Source: an uncultured Pseudomonadota bacterium
Lineage (GTDB): Bacteria > Myxococcota_A > UBA9042 > CAIXZC01
Direction of reading: 5' to 3'
DNA length: 42,633 nt
NCBI GenBank assembly: GCA_937876385.1
Contig: CALFHQ010000853.1
Coordinates: 1 to 42,633, forward strand
The position numbers and the translations under genes were made by a program. This document shows, piece after piece, positions 26,101-32,767 of this stretch. The notes beneath the pieces are model-generated. The model ran no database searches, was not told the DNA's origin, and worked only from the letters and a program-made list of their open reading frames with translations. Numbering within the stretch: the first letter of the stretch is position 1; each line of letters begins with the position of its first letter.

Positions 26101-26380
26101 CGGCCACCCTGTCACGAGCGGTGTCGTTGACCAGGACGTACCCTACGATGCCGAGAATCACCACCATTCCGATGAGGAACATGACGATACTGATGCTGGA
26201 CCGTTTGGTGTGCATCAACTCGTCCAATTCCTCCACGCCGGCGTCATCAACGAGGATATCACCGGTGTCATCTTCATCGGAGGACAGGAACTCTTTCACA
26301 TTGTCGAGAATGTCATCCTGAGGGTTCTTTCTCGTGGGAGTTTCTTCTTCCGTCGGAACCTTTTTTTCTTCGTCGCTCAT
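23138..26380 (-). CDS. Large (1080 aa) membrane-anchored hypothetical protein with an acidic N-terminus, one TM segment and a Lys/Glu/Tyr/Trp-rich extracytoplasmic region containing a Cys cluster.
   Basis: The ORF is long and uninterrupted with coding-like composition. The TM segment is 'ISIVMFLIGMVVILGIVGYVLV'. The start was moved to ATG 26380 ('MSDEEKK'); the track ORF runs to 26425. I recognise no domain. Confidence 0.75.
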   Translation of the reverse strand: MSDEEKKVPTEEETPTRKNPQDDILDNVKEFLSSDEDDTGDILVDDAGVEELDELMHTKRSSISIVMFLIGMVVILGIVGYVLVNDTARDRVAGFIRGDLFKVEEQRAEALRKMYQDKTELLNEKYGDIRLQYFPRDAQVYIIQQLLRYDDISAKTPTEWGDPIGIDNETLHLKAGEELPYLSIENLPIREKGMMCPDDRQFYPASWQYCPGFQEKCREQAATETGPSDECTQHALRSVQYCPQDDTYYADMGTGGMLCPDGETAMDPAKVPIFVFRYNFLFERKDFLPQVISYGENDWKDLGSGKFIVQFPDHFALLRAWGPLKIKYEQARNKMRCWRLEWEDQWEEIKRLKVTKLLAEKLKEDAAEKKARVELLEGLRAPYQKAVSAVDVVRKVKNMATIRNGMAEIFYYCGELKKCDPKNMGEFVQVLGGKGATMADLGPVETGVYYGILEGMGVKRADWEGMDTYLASNPVEAAGLLCLQKWIPGQKEGEFKPVKDKDCLAALENIRTASPDAYTVYTMMFVNDKIAEGKLDSFKQDIEGYITPVTEYQGTEKYEDLATRVEASGRFVQYLIQAYLYAPDEMNDSLKKFAQSQQVNYRVDAEQRNIIPSEYSFGLRKAMEASYWTGSKLAFDEWYFRLWSQDVQNCLLFVKEHNKARYKKDLDKFEEMVGAEKEGLRMQAAAFRDYLNSLRRFEVLRQELKAANALYENDRRDFFEKYPDEKLETLKTTDPDLYYGLYYISSPKDGKEYFKQISTLPEVKSWEPPKKEGDQPEFHKYLAYMEVFAPSKLEEGLKVLEKRMEPMFMSRRDYDQLRAEQPNMPSYRDAIRSIVNNDIHLKYFWLIKLIESPSKFEREFAKLNINEAKEVAKWIDPERYVYLVELVWLKDTVERYGDAVPALMDTLTVDLGLYRTELDKLKAWCWTKSRLLRKFRRGKRLASAYLREPSNVLKALDKALEMANRYALLAKNIENFSEAVISTHMGAAMEDLKGEMNDAQTESYAKHVDGNNERIRMEAGFKKEEWETLTQEFEKTAANAEWYAALSARLANRRLDCRKIEFKVPEDWDQYVKEQMPASN

Positions 26381-26641
26381 CGTTCCCTCTTCACGAAACA
26401 GACATCTAGAGTAAGCACGATACACCTTGCACTTAGACGGCCATGTTAGAACGACGCCCCATGTGAGTCAAGGATAAACTCGAAGGAAAACAAGGCGCTG
26501 CAAAGCTCGCAAAATGGCCCTTCAAGGGGCCTTTGACTGCCCGTTGTTGGAAGGGAGCGATGGCTGGTCTGCGGGTGGCCTGGCGAGCGGTATTGCCGCG
26601 GCGAAAACGGGTGCAAAAGGATCCGTCTTTAGAGTTTCTGT

Positions 26642-26671
26642 TTGCCTAATCTGTGTCTGGATCGTCATAAT
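26642..26671 (+). promoter_or_regulatory. Candidate sigma70-type promoter (TTGCCT-N18-CATAAT) upstream of the PolX-like gene.
   Basis: This is a motif match only. TTGCCT is at 26642-26647 and CATAAT at 26666-26671, about 47 nt upstream of ATG 26718. Confidence 0.25.
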
Positions 26672-26717
26672 GTGCCTCACCCGGTTGGTTGTTCGTCTGG
26701 GTTGGGAGTTCACGGTG

Positions 26718-28445
26718 ATGCGAGATAATGTTCGGCTGGCGATGCAGTTGGAGTACTTGGCCAATGCCCTGGAGATCCTGGGAGACGAGAAGAGGATCAT
26801 TGAGGACCTTCGGCGGGTGGCAAAACTCATCGAAAGCTGCGACCAGCCTGTCCCGGACTGCCTTCCCAGCGCCCAGCGAATCCCTTGGTTTCGCAGCCAG
26901 GAGTTGCACCTTCGAAGGCTTGTGGAAGCCGTCTTGAGGGATGGCCCCATTGCCGTGGTTCGAAGCCGCATGGGGGAGGACTCTCCTCACATCCTCGAGA
27001 TTCTTCGGATTCGAGGAATCTCGCCTGAGCATTTGAAGAGGTTGAGCAGCGTGGGCGTGGACTCCATGTCAGCGTTGCAGCGTTACCTGGATGGAGGGAA
27101 GGCCATTCCTGGTTTGGACTCGGAAACGGCCAGGTACGTTCGACGCAACGTGGACACTTACCTGCGGGAGCGCCAGGGGTTGTTGGGTTCTCGGGCTCGT
27201 CGGGTGGCGTCGGATTGGCTGGAGCGAATCCGAGAGTGGTCTGACGGGGTGGAGGTGTTTCCCGTGGGCGCCTTCCGGCGTTGCGACGACATTGTGTTTG
27301 CGGGGGCTTTTGTGGTCTCCCACCCCTTCCCAGCCGAAGCGATGGCTCGTTTCAGGGAGAGGGCCTCTGAGGAGGTGGAGTTGGGTCGGGTTCGAGACCA
27401 CCACTTGAGCTTCGTCTTCGCTGGCGTTTTGGAGGCCACCGTTGCCTTCGTGCGCCCCGAAGAGGTCCCTGTCGCGCGTTTTGTCTGGACTGGTGAAGCG
27501 GCGCATGTGTCTTCGGTAGAGTCCCACCTTGAATCCAGGGGCTCTCTACTGCGAGGATACACCTTGTACCGGGACGGGAAGCCGTTGGCGATCCAGAGCG
27601 AAGAGGAACTCTATCGGTTGGCCGGTCTTCCCTTTGTCCCCCCCGAATTGCGTCAGGGGCGTGGGGAGATTTCCCTGGCGTTGCGAGGGGAGTTGCCTGT
27701 TCTCGTTGAGTCCACAGACATTCGGGGGGATTTGCACTCGCATTCGGTGTTTTCGGATGGGCGAGACGAGTTGTCGGTGATGGTCCAGGCAGCGGAGCAG
27801 CAGGGGCACTCCTATCTGGCCATTACGGATCACACTCAGAATGTGAGGGTCGCCGGGGGATTGGCTCCGTCTCAGGTGCCGTCTTATCTGGAGGCCATCG
27901 ACCGGGTTCAGCAGAAGCACCCCAATTTTCGTCTCCTTGCGGGTTTGGAGGTGGACATTCTTGCCGATGGTGCTTTGGACATGAGCGATGCGATGCTCGA
28001 CCGACTGGACATCGTGGTTGCGGCGGTTCACGGTGATTTTGACCAGGGAAGTGAGGAGATGATGGCTCGCTTGCGACGGGGGCTGAGTCACCCACGGGTG
28101 AACATTATGGCTCACCCGACCACCCGCATGTTGGGGCAGCGATCTCCTTTGGCGATCGATCCGTTGGAGTTGCTTGATCTCTTGAGCGAGACTGGTGTGG
28201 CGGCGGAGTTGAACAGCAACCCTCGTCGTCTGGATCTGGGGCATTCCCTGTTGCCCGAGGCGGTATCGCGGGGCATTCCGGTGGTCATTTCGACGGATGC
28301 CCACAGCGGGATTCAAATCAGCAACATTCGATATGGTCTGTGTCAGGCTCGCCGCGGTGGTCTGACCAGTGCCGATGTTCTCAACACGTTGGAGTGGGAT
28401 GCTCTAAGGACCCGCCTGAACAAAGGGTCCAAACCTCACGATTGA
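26718..28445 (+). CDS. PolX-family protein with an N-terminal Pol-beta-like region and a C-terminal PHP phosphoesterase domain.
   Basis: The N-terminus 'MRDNVRLAMQLEYLANALEILGDEKR' is PolX-like. The PHP motifs are 'DLHSHSVFSDGRD', 'ITDHTQN', 'LEVDI', 'AAVHGDF', 'MAHPT' and 'STDAHS'. The start was moved to ATG 26718, giving 575 aa, which is typical of PolX; the track ORF starts at 26514. Confidence 0.85.
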   Translation: MRDNVRLAMQLEYLANALEILGDEKRIIEDLRRVAKLIESCDQPVPDCLPSAQRIPWFRSQELHLRRLVEAVLRDGPIAVVRSRMGEDSPHILEILRIRGISPEHLKRLSSVGVDSMSALQRYLDGGKAIPGLDSETARYVRRNVDTYLRERQGLLGSRARRVASDWLERIREWSDGVEVFPVGAFRRCDDIVFAGAFVVSHPFPAEAMARFRERASEEVELGRVRDHHLSFVFAGVLEATVAFVRPEEVPVARFVWTGEAAHVSSVESHLESRGSLLRGYTLYRDGKPLAIQSEEELYRLAGLPFVPPELRQGRGEISLALRGELPVLVESTDIRGDLHSHSVFSDGRDELSVMVQAAEQQGHSYLAITDHTQNVRVAGGLAPSQVPSYLEAIDRVQQKHPNFRLLAGLEVDILADGALDMSDAMLDRLDIVVAAVHGDFDQGSEEMMARLRRGLSHPRVNIMAHPTTRMLGQRSPLAIDPLELLDLLSETGVAAELNSNPRRLDLGHSLLPEAVSRGIPVVISTDAHSGIQISNIRYGLCQARRGGLTSADVLNTLEWDALRTRLNKGSKPHD

Positions 28446-28494
28446 TCCACAACCGCTCTTTTGACCAACCAGTATAACTGTTCTCCTTTTCCTC

Positions 28495-28524
28495 TTGATC
28501 AATTCGAAACTCTGCCCTCATAAT
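28495..28524 (+). promoter_or_regulatory. Candidate sigma70-type promoter (TTGATC-N18-CATAAT) for the cold-shock gene.
   Basis: TTGATC is at 28495-28500 and CATAAT at 28519-28524, about 43 nt upstream of ATG 28567. This is a motif match only. Confidence 0.35.
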
Positions 28525-28566
28525 GAAACTAGGACAAACGTCACGAAAAAATCTGGAGGTAGTACG

Positions 28567-28800
28567 ATGCTGAAAGGGACAGTTAAGTGGTTCAGTGACC
28601 TCAAGGGCTATGGCTTCATCGAGGGTCTCAATGGTGGACCCGACATCTTCGTGCATCATACAGCCATTGAAGCCGAGGGATTCCGCTCGTTGCTTGATGG
28701 GGAAGAGGTCACGTTCGAGTTGAGCGATGGTCCCAAGGGACCCGCTGCTCAAAAAGTCGTTCGAGTGGCGCTGGAGAAGCTCACCGCGGTGAGTAACTGA
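28567..28800 (+). CDS. cspA: Cold-shock domain protein (CspA family).
   Basis: 'GTVKWFSDLKGYGFI' is the RNP1 motif and 'DIFVHHTAI' is RNP2. GGAGG lies 9 nt upstream of ATG 28567; the track ORF starts at 28495. Confidence 0.95.
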   Translation: MLKGTVKWFSDLKGYGFIEGLNGGPDIFVHHTAIEAEGFRSLLDGEEVTFELSDGPKGPAAQKVVRVALEKLTAVSN

Positions 28801-28900
28801 CCTCTTCGAGAGCCTTCGAAGTTTCTACCGGCCGTGCAGCTAGCTTCGCTGCAGACCCGATTTCCATGGTCATGCCTGATTGTCGTGTGGAGTTGGGCGG

Positions 28901-29602
28901 TTATTCGTACTTCCCGACGATGACCTGTGCCGGTCTGACCAGTTGGCCGTCAGCCGTGTAGCCGGCTTTGGTGACCATCAACACTCGGTTGTCTTCACTC
29001 CTCTTCTTCACCGGTTGTGCCATGAGGGCTTCGTGAAATTCGGGGTCAAAGAGTTCTCCGGTGGGGTCGAAGCGTTTCAATCCGGCCTCTTCCAATCCAG
29101 CGACGATCTGGCGATAGACGAGCTTGAATCCTTCCAGAATCGCCTTTGGGTTTCCCCCCTTCTCAGCCTCGTCAATGGAGCGGTGGAGCACATCCAGGGG
29201 ACCAAACAGTGCGGCGAAAGCTCGGGTCTTGTCTTGGACGAGCTTCCTCTCTCGGTCCCGCTCCAACCGTTCCCGAATACGTTCCAGCTCCCCTTTCTCT
29301 CGCCGGTAGGCGTTGAGGGTGCGGTCCAACTGCTCTTCGAGATTCTGGATTCGTCGATTGAGGCGCTCGACCTCCAGGGCGTGGAGAGTCGGATTGGGGG
29401 TCTCCTTCGGGCCTTCGCCGCTTTCTTCGGGTTCGGCGAATTCATCCTCTTCGATGTCGTCGAACGCGGCTTCATCGAGGTCTATCCCGGAGTCGCTGTT
29501 CTCCGGCTCCGTGTCTCCATCGCCGTCCCCGAAGGTGAGGACGTCCCCGGCTTCCGGTTCGAGAATCTCGCCAGTCTTGGTGGTTCTGTTCTTGTCCGAC
29601 AT
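28901..29602 (-). CDS. grpE: Nucleotide exchange factor GrpE.
   Basis: An acidic N-terminus is followed by a coiled coil ('LNAYRREKGELERIRERLERDRE'). The C-terminal motifs are 'FDPEFHEALM' and 'VTKAGYTADGQLVRPAQVIV'. No dnaK or hrcA is adjacent. Confidence 0.9.
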   Translation of the reverse strand: MSDKNRTTKTGEILEPEAGDVLTFGDGDGDTEPENSDSGIDLDEAAFDDIEEDEFAEPEESGEGPKETPNPTLHALEVERLNRRIQNLEEQLDRTLNAYRREKGELERIRERLERDRERKLVQDKTRAFAALFGPLDVLHRSIDEAEKGGNPKAILEGFKLVYRQIVAGLEEAGLKRFDPTGELFDPEFHEALMAQPVKKRSEDNRVLMVTKAGYTADGQLVRPAQVIVGKYE

Positions 29603-29643
29603 CCAATCCCTCTCAGGTCATTCCCGGTTCGTATGCCGTCAGT

Positions 29644-29671
29644 AAGATAATTGAACGAGGGGACATTGCAA
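29644..29671 (-). promoter_or_regulatory. Candidate sigma70-type promoter (TTGCAA-N16-TATCTT) upstream of grpE.
   Basis: This is a minus-strand motif match only. TTGCAA is at 29671-29666 and TATCTT at 29649-29644. I saw no CIRCE element and no convincing sigma32 motif. Confidence 0.25.
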
Positions 29672-29681
29672 GCCTTTCGGG

Positions 29682-31016
29682 CTACTCGCCATCTTTCCCT
29701 TTCTTCTTATTTCGGAAGTACATTCGAATGGGGGTCCCTTCGAAGCCGTACTTGTCTCGAATTCGGTTGAGCAGATAGCGCTTGTAGGTAGCCGGAATCG
29801 ACTTGGCTTGATTGACCTGAAAGACGAAGGTTGGCGGCGCCGTGTCGGCTTGTGTTGAGAAGTAGAAGCGGGCGCGGCGATGCTTCACCATGGGAGGGGG
29901 ATTGCGCTCCACGGCTTCTTCCACGAAGCGGGTGAACTGCGAGGTCGGGATGCGACGCTCCCAGTTCTCCTTGACTCGTTTGATGATAGGAAAGAGGCGG
30001 TGAACTCCCTTCCCGGTGAGGGCGCAAGTGAACGCTGTTGGAGCATATTTGAGTGAGGGGAAGGTTTCTTCCACTCTTTTGGTGTAAGCGGCAGCGGTCT
30101 TCGTGTCTTTCTCAACCAGATCCCACTTGTTGAAGACGATGATAATGGCTTTGCCTCGATCTTCAGCCAGCTTGGCGATGCGGGCATCTTGTTCCTGCAT
30201 TCCCAGGAAGCCGTCAACCAGGAGGAGCACTACCTGGGCTCGTTCGATGCTTCGAATACCTCGAACGATGCTGTAGTACTCAACGGAGTCCTTCACCGCC
30301 TTTTTCTTGCGCATGCCGGCGGTATCCACCATGAGGTAGCGTTGTCCGTCTTCTGCTTCCCACTGGGTATCCACGGAGTCCCGGGTGGTTCCGGCCATGT
30401 CGCTGGTCAAGAGGCGTTCTTTTCCCACGATCCAGTTGATGAGGGTGGACTTGCCCACATTGGGGCGTCCCACAACGGTCAGCCGAATGGTGTCCGGGTC
30501 TTCTTGCTGGTGGGGCTCTTCCTCGGGCCAATCTGCCACGATGGCATCCATGAGGGTTGCGACACCATGACCGTGGGTTGCTGTGATGAAGTAGAGTTGT
30601 TCGACTCCCAGGGCATAGAACTCGTTGGCGAGGGGCTCCTTTTCAGGGCCGTCGACCTTGTTCACGGCGTAGTAGATATTGCGGTTCCATTTCACCAGCA
30701 TCCGGTGAATTTCCTCGTCCACGGGGCTGAGTCCAACTTTGAGATCGAGGAGGAATATGGCTGCGTCGGCTTCTTCCAGAGCCATCTCCACCTGGTTCTT
30801 CATGATGACAAGCAGTGGGTCTTCGGGGGAGGGGTCGAATCCTCCGGTGTCGATGATATGGAGGGGTCGTCCTTCCCATTCACACCGGCCGTAGATACGG
30901 TCCCGTGTGACTCCGGGTCGGTCCTCTACGATGGCCTTTCGAGAGCCGATAAGGCGGTTGAAGAGGGTCGATTTCCCAACGTTGGGACGACCGATGATGG
31001 CGACAATTTTGCTCAT
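29682..31016 (-). CDS. der: Ribosome-associated GTPase Der (EngA), with two GTPase domains and a KH-like C-terminus.
   Basis: The two G1 motifs are 'GRPNVGKSTLFNRL' and 'GRPNVGKSTLINWI'. 'DTGG' and 'DTAG' are present, with 'NKVD' and 'NKWD'. ATG 31016 overlaps the upstream TGA (ATGA). Confidence 0.95.
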   Translation of the reverse strand: MSKIVAIIGRPNVGKSTLFNRLIGSRKAIVEDRPGVTRDRIYGRCEWEGRPLHIIDTGGFDPSPEDPLLVIMKNQVEMALEEADAAIFLLDLKVGLSPVDEEIHRMLVKWNRNIYYAVNKVDGPEKEPLANEFYALGVEQLYFITATHGHGVATLMDAIVADWPEEEPHQQEDPDTIRLTVVGRPNVGKSTLINWIVGKERLLTSDMAGTTRDSVDTQWEAEDGQRYLMVDTAGMRKKKAVKDSVEYYSIVRGIRSIERAQVVLLLVDGFLGMQEQDARIAKLAEDRGKAIIIVFNKWDLVEKDTKTAAAYTKRVEETFPSLKYAPTAFTCALTGKGVHRLFPIIKRVKENWERRIPTSQFTRFVEEAVERNPPPMVKHRRARFYFSTQADTAPPTFVFQVNQAKSIPATYKRYLLNRIRDKYGFEGTPIRMYFRNKKKGKDGE

Positions 31017-32608
31017 GCTTCCCACCCGACTTTCTGAATTCCTTTGAGGCTTCGACTCCAGTCTTCGTCCACTCGAACGTGCAGCTCCAGGAAGACTCGG
31101 CGCCCGAGGAAGGTTTCGATTTCCTTTCTGGCGGCCCGTCCGACGGACTTAATCATCAGCCCGCCCTTTCCAATGATGATCGACTTCTGGCTCTTTCTTT
31201 CCACGTGAATGGAGGCTGCTACGTAGGTGAGGTCCTTGTTGGGGCGTTCCTCCACCAGATCGATGCTGACGGCGACGGCATAGGGAACCTCTTCGTGGGT
31301 TCGAAGGAAGACCTGTTCCCGGATGAGCTCGGTGATGACGAAGTTTCGGCTTCGGTTGGTGAGTTGTCCTTTGGGGAAGATGGCGGCCCCTTCTCCCAGG
31401 AGTGGTTTGAGTTCAGCCAGGAGCGTCTGGACGCCATCTCCGCGCAGTGCGCTCATGGGGACGACTGCCTGGATGTTCATATTTTCGGTGATGGATTGTG
31501 TAATGGGGAGGACGACCTCTTTGGAGACTTTGTCCACCTTGTTTATCACCAGCACCGTGGGTTTGGCAGCGGTGGAGACGCGCTCGAATACCTGCCTGTC
31601 GGTGGCATCAAAGGCGTTGCGTTTGGTGTATCGCAGGGCATCCACCATGAGGACCACGACGTCGGCTTCCATGAGGGAGGTGATGGCGGATTCCACCATG
31701 AGTTTGTTGAGGCTTCCCCTGGCTTCGTGAATCCCCGGGGTGTCCAGGAAGAGCATTTGGGCATCGGGGAACGTCGCAATTCCCATGATGCGGTTTCGGG
31801 TTGTGTTGGGCTTCGGGGTAACGATGGCGAGTTTCTGCCCCATGATTGCGTTGAGGAGGGTGGACTTGCCGGCGTTGGGTCGTCCCACGATGGTGATGAA
31901 GCCTGCTTTGAAGACGGCCGGGTTGGCCTGCTTCTTCCTGATGTCTTCCACGATCTGCTCTACCACCTCGTCGGCGTCGATGAGGGTTGTATCGACGATG
32001 AGGGCATCATCGGCAGCTTTCAGCGGGGCAACCTCCCGGGTGCTGTCGTCTTCGTCCCGCTGGGTGATCTCCGCAACGATCTGCCGGTAGTTCACGTCTT
32101 TCCCCTGGCCGACGAGCTGTTTGTGCCTTCGAGAGGCCCGCTCCTCCAAGGTTGCGGTGACAAAGTACTTGAAGGGAGTTTGTGGAAAAACCACCGTTCC
32201 GATGTCCCGCCCCTCGAGAATGCTGCCTGGGCCCTGAGTAGCGAATCGCCGCTGCAGTTCCAGGAGCGCCTCTCTGACCTGGGGGATGGAAGCGACCTTG
32301 GAAGCCCCCATTCCAGTTTCCGGATCCCGCAACTCCTGGGTTACGTCCACTTTGTCGAGGTACACCCGGTTCACACCCGCTTCGATGCGAAAGTTCAGCT
32401 CCAGTCCTCGTGCCAGTGCGGAGAGCCCTTCCACGTCTTCGAGGGACATCTGCTTGCGCCTGGCCAGGAGGGCTACGGCTCTGTAGATGGCCCCCGTTTC
32501 GACATAGGTCAGACCCAGTCTGGTGGCCAGTTTCATTGCTACAGTGCTCTTGCCTACTCCCGCTGGTCCATCCAATGCGATGACCAATTGCGACCCTCTT
32601 TCTTCCAT
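31013..32608 (-). CDS. Fusion protein: cytidylate kinase (Cmk) at the N-terminus and GTPase Era (with KH domain) at the C-terminus.
   Basis: The Cmk part shows 'IALDGPAGVGKSTVAMKLA..YVETGAIYRA' and 'GRDIGTVVFP'. A short linker 'RKKQANPAVFK' follows. The Era part shows 'GFITIVGRPNAGKSTLLNAIMGQ', 'DTPG', 'NKVD' and the C-terminal KH 'IIIGKGGLMIKSVG'. The start was moved to ATG 32608; the track ORF runs to 32836. Confidence 0.9.
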   Translation of the reverse strand: MEERGSQLVIALDGPAGVGKSTVAMKLATRLGLTYVETGAIYRAVALLARRKQMSLEDVEGLSALARGLELNFRIEAGVNRVYLDKVDVTQELRDPETGMGASKVASIPQVREALLELQRRFATQGPGSILEGRDIGTVVFPQTPFKYFVTATLEERASRRHKQLVGQGKDVNYRQIVAEITQRDEDDSTREVAPLKAADDALIVDTTLIDADEVVEQIVEDIRKKQANPAVFKAGFITIVGRPNAGKSTLLNAIMGQKLAIVTPKPNTTRNRIMGIATFPDAQMLFLDTPGIHEARGSLNKLMVESAITSLMEADVVVLMVDALRYTKRNAFDATDRQVFERVSTAAKPTVLVINKVDKVSKEVVLPITQSITENMNIQAVVPMSALRGDGVQTLLAELKPLLGEGAAIFPKGQLTNRSRNFVITELIREQVFLRTHEEVPYAVAVSIDLVEERPNKDLTYVAASIHVERKSQKSIIIGKGGLMIKSVGRAARKEIETFLGRRVFLELHVRVDEDWSRSLKGIQKVGWEA

Positions 32609-32767
32609 GGTGGAAACCCTCTCGTTTCTCCAGGTTGCTCCAAACGACGCGCTAGTATAGTCTAAACCGACGAAGTTGCACAGTGTGGTTGTTGCGGGGA
32701 GCCCGGAGAACCGTGTAGCGCCGCAAGGAACTTGCAGGATGATCACGCACCACAAGGAGAATGAGCG

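Noticed and set aside
24332-26449. Very long antisense ORFs mirroring well-supported genes. Examples are 24332..26449(+), 33143..35173(-), 31079..32665(+), 8301..9683(+), 19994..21211(-), 18625..19641(+), 41721..42554(-), 40724..41752(-), 13363..14265(-) and 15253..16095(-).
   Set aside because: Each lies opposite a gene with clear domain motifs. Their translations are low-complexity (Gly/Arg/His/Val/Leu-rich) with no recognisable motifs and no SD-supported start. Long stop-free antisense frames are expected in GC-rich, codon-biased DNA.
28801-28900. Short palindromes between csp and grpE (CTTCGA..TCGAAG, GCAGC..GCTGC), considered as a bidirectional terminator.
   Set aside because: The stems are only 5-6 bp with weak or absent U-tracts on both strands. 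That is insufficient to call a terminator.
29603-29681. A CIRCE (HrcA) operator or a sigma32 heat-shock promoter upstream of grpE.
   Set aside because: There is no TTAGCACTC-N9-GAGTGCTAA-like inverted repeat. CTTGCAA is present, but no CCCCAT-type -10 element occurs at the proper spacing. Only a weak sigma70-like match remains.
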